Shown here: positions 60,675-64,000 of the stretch, in pieces | Layout: every line of letters begins with the position of its first letter | Numbering within the stretch: position 1 is the stretch's first letter | DNA from: Okamejei kenojei | Taxonomy: Eukaryota | Assembly (NCBI GenBank): GCA_035221665.1 | Contig: CM069160.1 | Location: 1,116,001 to 1,180,000, forward strand | Direction: 5' to 3' | DNA length: 64,000 nt | The notes under the pieces: generated by a model | Seen by the model: only the letters and a program-made list of their open reading frames with translations | What the model was told of the DNA's origin: nothing | Database searches by the model: none | Translations under genes and position numbers: made by a program

Positions 60675-61445
60675 TAATTGGGGATAACACGAGGATCTAA
60701 GGGGGTAGAAGAACTGAAATAAATTTTCATTAGGCGAGAAATTGTATTGGGTAGGCTAATGGGACTGGAGGATGATAAATCCCTTGGGCCTGTTGGTCTG
60801 CATCCCAGGGTCCTCAGGGAGGTGGCACGAGAAATAGTGGACGCATTAGTGATCATTTCCCAATGTACAATAGATTCAGGATCAGTTCCTGTGGATTGGA
60901 GGATAGCTAACGTTATCCCACTTTTCAAGAAAGGAGCGAGAGAGAAAACGGGGAATTACAGACCAGTTAGCCTGACTTCGGTGGTGGGAAAGATGCTGGA
61001 GTCAATTATTAAAGACGTAATAATGGGGCATTTGGATAGCAGTAAAAGGATTAGTCCAAGTCAACATGGATTTATGAAAGGGAAATCATGCTTGACTAAT
61101 CTTCTGGATTTTTTTGAGGATGTGACAAGTAAAATGGATGAAGGGGTGCCCGTGGATGTAGTGTATCTAGACGTTCAGAAAGCCTTTGATACGGTCCTGT
61201 ATGGGAGACTGGTGATTAAAATTACAGCACAAGGTATTAAGGGTAGGGTGTTGACATGGATAGAAAATTGGTTGGCTGACCGGAAGCAAAGAGTAGGAGC
61301 GAACGGGTCCTTTTCAGAATGGCAGGCAGTGGCAAGTGGAGTGCCGCAAGGCTCGGTGTTGGGGCCGCAACTGTTTACCATATATATTAATGATTTGGAA
61401 GAGGGAATTAGGAGCAACATTAGCAAGTTTGCGGATTACACAAAG
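60675..61445 (+). mobile_element. CR1 ORF2 reverse-transcriptase fragment
   Basis: ORF 60747..: NYRPVSLTS..QHGFMKGKSCLTNL..GVPQGSVLGPQLFTIYINDL..SKFAD. Confidence 0.95.
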
Positions 61446-62255
61446 CAGGGAGGGAGGGAGGGAGGGAGGGAGGGAGGGAGGAAAGAAGGAAAGAAAGAAG
61501 GAAAGAAAGAAGGAAAGAAAGAAGGCAAGAAAGAAGNNNNNNNNNNNNNNNNNNNNNNNNNNNNNNNNNNNNNNNNNNNNNNNNNNNNNNNNNNNNNNNN
61601 NNNNNNNNNNNNNNNNNNNNNNNNNNNNNNNNNNNNNNNNNNNNNNNNNNNNNNNNNNNNNNNNNNNNNNNNNNNNNNNNNAAAGATAGATAGATAGATC
61701 AAGACAGACAGACAAGATGAGAGTTTTAGTGACAGACAGACAGATAGAGAGAGGGGGGGTGGGAGTCAAAAAATTGGAAGTATATGAGTGGAGTTAAATG
61801 GAATGAGAGTGTGGGAAATGGTACAGAAGTCTCCAGAATTAATGAGACAGAAAGTATAAGAAGGGATAAGAGAGTAACGATGGATATAATCGGGACCAGT
61901 GTGAGAGGGGAGGTGAATACCAAATTACAGGTGTTGTATTTACATGCGTGCAGTAAGTGGATGAGCTTGTGGCACAGTTGGAAATTGGTATGTATGATGT
62001 TGGGGGAATTACAGAGACGTGGCTGCAAGAGGATCGGAGCTCGGAGTTGAATCTTCAAGGTTAAACATCATATCGGAATGACAGAAAGATGGATAGAGTG
62101 AGTGGGGTAGCTCTGTTGGTAAAGAATGACTTTTCTCCAGAGATGCTACCTGACCCGCTGAGTTGCTCCAGTGTTTTGTGTCAGTGTCTGTGCTGTATGA
62201 TTGTGAGGGTGGTGTTATTGCCGTGTGTGAGTGGTGTTTGTGGTTCTGTGCAGGG

Positions 62256-62440
62256 ATGTGCGGTGAGCTGGACGTGGGGATGCTGCTGCAGGTAGCGGCG
62301 GCTCTGGAGAGCGTGCTGTCCCCGTGCTTTGGTCCACAAGGTGGCCAGGTACTGTTCACCAGTGCCACAGGTGAGGTGCTCATCACCAGGGACGGGGTGA
62401 CTATCCTGGACTCACTGATGCTGGAGCACCCTGTCGCCAG
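62256..62440 (+). CDS. BBS10: Bardet-Biedl syndrome 10 (chaperonin-like) first coding exon
   Basis: MCGELDVGMLLQVAAALESVLSPCFGPQGGQVLFTSATGEVLITRDGVTILDSLMLEHPVA-R; phase-2 donor AG|GTcagt at the position of the conserved BBS10 intron (after EHP.AR); acceptor tgtgcAG at 62253. Confidence 0.9.
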
Positions 62441-62444
62441 GTCA

Positions 62445-63590
62445 GTCTCCCCCTGTACCTTTCCCCCTGAACCCGGCTACTCCCAGCTACAACACTCCCC
62501 CTGAACCCAGCTACTCCCAGCACCAACACTCCCCCTGAACCCAGCTACTCCCAGCGCCAAGACTCCCAGCGCAACACTCCCCCTGTACCTCTCCTCCTGA
62601 ACCCGGCTACTCCCAGCTACAACACTCCCCCTGAACCCAGCTACTCCCAGCGCCAACACTCCCCCTGAACCCAGCTACTCCCAGCGCAACACTCCCCCTG
62701 TACCTCTCCCCCTGAACCCAGCTACTCCCAGCTACAACACTCCCCCTGAACCCAGCTACTCCCAGCGCCAACACTCCCCCTGAACCCAGCTACTCCCAGC
62801 GCCAACACTCCCAGCGCAAACACTCCCCCTGTACCTCTCCCCCTGAACCTGGCTACTCCCAGCTACAACACTCCCCCTGTACCGGGCTACTCCCAGCGCC
62901 AACACTCCCAGCGCAACACTAATCCTGTACCTCTCCCCCTGTACCCGGCTACTCTTAGGGACAACACTCCCCCTGAACCCAGCTGCTCCCAGCGCCAACA
63001 CTCTCCCTGTACCCGGCTACTCCCAGCGCCAACACTCCCCCTGTACCCGGCTACTCCCAGCTACAACACTCCCCCTGTACCCGGCTACTCCCAGCTACAA
63101 CACTTCCTCCGTACCCGGCTACTCCCAACGTCAACACTCCCCCTGTACCCGGCTACTCCCAGCGCCAACACTCCCCCTGTATCCGGCTACTCCCAGCGCC
63201 AACACTCCCAGCGCAACACTAATCCTGTACCTCACCCTCTGTACCCGGCTACTCCCAGCGCCAAACACTCCCCCTGTACCCAGCTACTCCTAGGGACAAC
63301 ACTCCCCCTGAACCCAGCTGCTCCCAGTGCCAACACTCTCCCGTACCCGGCTACTCCCAGCTCCAACACTCCCCCTGTACCCGGCTACTCCCAGCGCCAA
63401 CACTCCCCCTGTACCCGGCTACTCCCAGCTACATCACTCCCCCTGTACCCGGCTACTCCCAGCGCCTACACTCCCCCTGTACCCGGCTACTCCCAGCGCC
63501 AACACTCCCCCTGTACCCGGCTACTCCCAGCTACATCACTCCCCCTGTACCCGGCTACTCCCAGCTCCTACACTCCCCCCGTACCCACCA
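62445..63590. repeat. 34-bp minisatellite CTCCCCCTGTACCCGGCTACTCCCAGCGCCAACA in the BBS10 intron
   Basis: Period 34 read directly (63001 to 63035). Confidence 0.93.
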
Positions 63591-64000
63591 CTCACAGTGT
63601 TAATTCTTCCCTGCACCATTACCCCCCGCATGAAGTGTGTTGGGTGTATTGGGGTGTGTGTGTTGGTGGTGTTTAACGAGTATGGGTGTCTTAGGGAGTG
63701 TCTGGGTTGGGGGAGGGGTAGTATTTGGGATGTGTGTTAAATGCGGTTATGCTGGGCTTTGTGAATGTTGGGATGTTTGGAACTTGTGTTGGGGTGGGTG
63801 TTGGGTTTGGTGTGTGTGAGATGACGGAATATTTGTGGCGTATTGGGGATGTGCGTGTGGGTCAGTTGCCGTGTTTGTTGGTAAGTATGTGTAGGCACGT
63901 GTGTGAATTGGTGTATGTTTGTGTGAGTTGCCGTGTGTTGGTGCTCGTGAGAGTTGGCTAGCACGTCTTGGCGTGCGTGTGCGTTGGTGCATGTTTCTTG

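Overview
Repeat-rich vertebrate DNA, most likely from a cartilaginous fish (skate/ray-like CR1/HER1 LINE, V-SINE and Penelope repeat landscape; inferred, not proven). Parts of the consensus are indel-rich and there are three N-gaps (27382-27881, 32166-32548, 61537-61681). Two host genes can be read by hand, although the ORF track largely misses them. (1) A minus-strand MHC class I heavy-chain gene with leader 39536-39594, alpha1 32963-33222, alpha2 31772-32049, alpha3 29909-30170, TM 28831-28920 and cytoplasmic exon 27930-27958; it is frameshifted, possibly by sequencing error. (2) The first coding exon of BBS10 (62256-62440, plus strand). The main hidden signal is a ~25 kb cluster 3' of the class I gene (about 2.5-27 kb) holding at least nine X1/X2(-Y) MHC-enhanceosome-like modules with NF-kB, ISRE and GAS motifs. 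Seven of them lie in a locally duplicated and inverted unit, and they match two tandem X-Y modules at the class I promoter, so this is a candidate MHC-I locus-control or super-enhancer array. Also present: a young two-LTR endogenous retrovirus (52395-59362) carrying a captured, intronless FCHO2 F-BAR fragment, with an inverted copy of that segment just outside its 5' LTR; a full-length Passport-like Tc1 transposon; hammerhead-like motifs in Penelope termini; and several minisatellites, one built from promoter motifs upstream of BBS10.
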